From Malacoraja senta (lineage: Eukaryota): DNA of 64,000 nt. The stretch lies in NCBI GenBank assembly GCA_038087875.1, contig JAXLNO010000140.1, forward strand, positions 124,001-188,000, given 5' to 3'. Below, piece by piece: positions 62,011 through 64,000 of the stretch. Positions within the stretch are counted from its first letter, which is position 1. Each line of letters opens with the position of its first letter. The translations under genes were made by a program, and so were the position numbers. The notes below the pieces were generated by a model. It worked only from the letters and a program-made list of their open reading frames with translations, was not told the DNA's origin and did not search any database.

Positions 62011-62103
62011 GGCTTGGATGATGAAAATCAAGCCGAAGGGATCCTATTGGGACCATACACGTATAACGAGGAAGGGGATTCAATCTAGACGTTTGAGGTG
62101 CAG
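62011..62103 (+). pseudogene. SUN2: SUN2-like exon 16 with nonsense codon
   Basis: GLDDENQAEGILLGPYTYNEEGDSI*TFEVQ, TAG at 62086-62088 where the conserved IQTF Gln is expected. Confidence 0.92.
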
Positions 62104-62376
62104 GTATGGAAGTGAATAAAGGATCATTGATTCTTTGCTGGAACAATCCTATAACCTTCGCCTTTTCCTGCAAGCTTTTATTTTCCTTTGCCTCAAATAT
62201 TTATCTATCTTTTACAAACTATATTTTGCGATGTAGTAACTGTTAACCAAAATCTGGCATGTGCCAATATTTGACAGTTCGCTCACTGGTGTTTGAACTG
62301 TGATTCTGAGTTTTGGTGCTGACTTCACCCATGTTTTAGTTTAGCTTAAAGATGCAGTGCTGAAACAGACCCTTAA

Positions 62377-63041
62377 GGGCCTGTCCCACTTGGCTGTCTT
62401 TCGCGCGCCATTTACGCGACTTGCTAGCGTGTAGGTAGTACGTGGGTAGCATGGGGACGGGCGCATGGTGTGGTGTGGAGGAGTGCGGTGTGGTGTGGAG
62501 GAGTGTGGACTTTGTCCTGCATGAAATCTTCACGCGCCAACGGCCTGTCGCGCAACTGACGGCCAAAGTGGGACAGGCCCAAGACCCTGGCGCGACGCAA
62601 CGTCTCACCTCCAACAGCAGCTGAAGCAGGCAAACGATCGTCAAACTCAGCCTGGGGCTCATGGCCGTTGCGGATCCGGGTCCGCCCCCACTCCTACTCC
62701 CAGATCGGGGCCAAGACGATCCAAGATAGACATAAAATGCCGGAGTAACTCAGCGGGACAGACAGCATCTCTGGAGAGAAGGAATGGGTGACGTTTCGGG
62801 TCAAGACCCTTCTTTCAGACTGAAGAAGGGTCTCGACCCAAAATATCATCCATTCCTCCTCTCCAGAGATGCTGCCGGTCCCGCTGAGTTACTCCTGCAT
62901 TTTTGTGCCCATTTACAAATGACGTCTCGTGCTCCAGACGGCTGTGTGGGCGCATGATGACGCGTGCGACTCTCACGGGACCATCGCGCGACCGTCACTA
63001 CCGGCCTGTTGCGTAAGTGACGGCCCAGGTGGGACAGGCCC
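62377..63041. mobile_element. MITE-like DNA transposon (PIF/Harbinger-like) inside a SINE, itself containing an inverted Penelope pLTR pair
   Basis: TIRs GGGCCTGTCCCACTTGG / CCAGGTGGGACAGGCCC flanked by TAA and TTA. Confidence 0.7.
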
Positions 63042-63571
63042 TTAGTCCGCACCGACCAGCGACCAGGAATCCCCGCACACTAACACTATCAATAGACAAT
63101 AGGTGCAGGAGTAGGCCATTCAGCCCTTCAAGCCAGCACCGCCATTCAATGTGATCATGGCTGATCATCCACAATGAGTGCCCTGCTCCTGCCTTCTCCC
63201 GCCTTCTCCCCACATCCCCTGACTCCGCTATCTTCAAGAGCTCGATCTTGCTCTCTCTTGGAAAGTTTCCAGAGAAGCGCCCTCTGTGGTAGACAATTCC
63301 ACAGACTCACAAGACCCACACGAGGGACAAATTACATTTATACCAACACAATTAACCTACGAACCAGTATTTGGTGTGGAAGGAAACCGAAGATCTCGGA
63401 GAAAATGATCAGCCATGATCACATTGAATTGCGGTGCTGGCTCGAAGGGCCGAATGGCCTACTCCTGCACCTATTGTCTATTATCTATTGTCTATAAAAC
63501 CCATGGGGAGAATGTACAAACTCTGGAACCCGGAGTTGTAAGGCAGCAACTCTATCGCTGAGCCTCCGGGG

Positions 63572-63840
63572 CGAGGTTGGGGTTGGGGTTGTGGGGGGAG
63601 GGGCGGGGTGGGGTTGGGGTTGTGGGGGGGGGGTTGTGGGGGGAGGGGCGGGGTTGGGGTTGTGGTTGTGGGGGGTGTTGTGGGGGAGGGGCGGGGTTGG
63701 GGTTGTGGGGGGAGGGGGTTTGGGGTTGTGGGGGAAGGAGGGGTGTGGAGGAGGGGGGTTGTGGGGGTGGGGCGGGGTTTGGGTTGTGGGGGAGGAGGAG
63801 GGTGTGTGGGGGGAGGGGGGTTGTGGGGGGGAGGGGGGTG
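63572..63840. repeat. G-rich low-complexity tandem repeat (GGGGTTGTGGGGGGAGGGGC-type units)
   Basis: Directly visible. Confidence 0.9.
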
Positions 63841-64000
63841 TATGGAGTTGAGTCGGAGATGTCGCCAAATGGAAAGCGGAGACTGATCCCAGCGTAGGAG
63901 AACGACCAGCGCCCACTGTGAGTCCCCATCGCACTGCCAATTCCAGCCACTACCCCTCTGGTCCCCCTCGCTGGCTCCCGTGATACCCCCTTCTTCCCCA

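Larger units (their letters stand above)
20055..62103 (+). pseudogene. SUN2: SUN2-like (SUN-domain inner nuclear membrane protein) gene, 16 coding exons seen, last exon not in window. 3' exons carry frameshifts and a stop codon
   Basis: GT-AG exons give MSCRSPRL...SYKETPVR, STSGYSSQDE, YWWLGTAWYQLTTAISLIDV, ALKLYRTDRVGLVDYALESAG, TKTALLTLFGFPLWYQSHSPRAVIQ and PEVHPGNCWPFKGSQG, collinear with vertebrate SUN2. Orthologue versus paralogue status is not determinable here. Confidence 0.9.

Noticed and set aside
63572..63840. Telomeric array
   Set aside because: GGGGTT-containing degenerate units, not (TTAGGG)n.

Overview
Vertebrate genomic DNA, very probably from a cartilaginous fish (skate/ray-like; inferred from dense CR1 LINEs, HE1-type tRNA SINEs and Penelope pseudo-LTRs). 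Most of the window is retroelement and DNA-transposon sequence: a near-complete Mag-clade Gypsy LTR element (3696-8328), many CR1 pieces, two Penelope elements carrying minimal hammerhead motifs, L2, L1, Rex1-type tails, a Helitron and MITEs. Two spliced host genes hidden among the repeats are not visible as single ORFs in the ORF track. (1) Minus strand, about 11576-14800: a decayed PRDM9-like 5' region (KRAB remnant, linker exons, SSXRD exon), with one exon split by a 1.24-kb insertion flanked by a perfect 19-bp direct repeat. (2) Plus strand, 20055 to beyond 62103: a SUN2-like gene with 16 identifiable coding exons. Exons 1-10 splice into one open frame, whereas all four clear coding lesions (3 frameshifts, 1 nonsense codon) lie downstream of a Rex1-type LINE fragment that inserted exactly at the exon-11 acceptor. 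That fragment supplies an in-frame stop and an AATAAA. This is either an ordinary unprocessed pseudogene or a TE-truncated 'SUN-less' nuclear-envelope protein gene. A roughly 3.5-kb tandem duplication copies the first transmembrane exon. All homology calls come from recalled family motifs, not from database searches.
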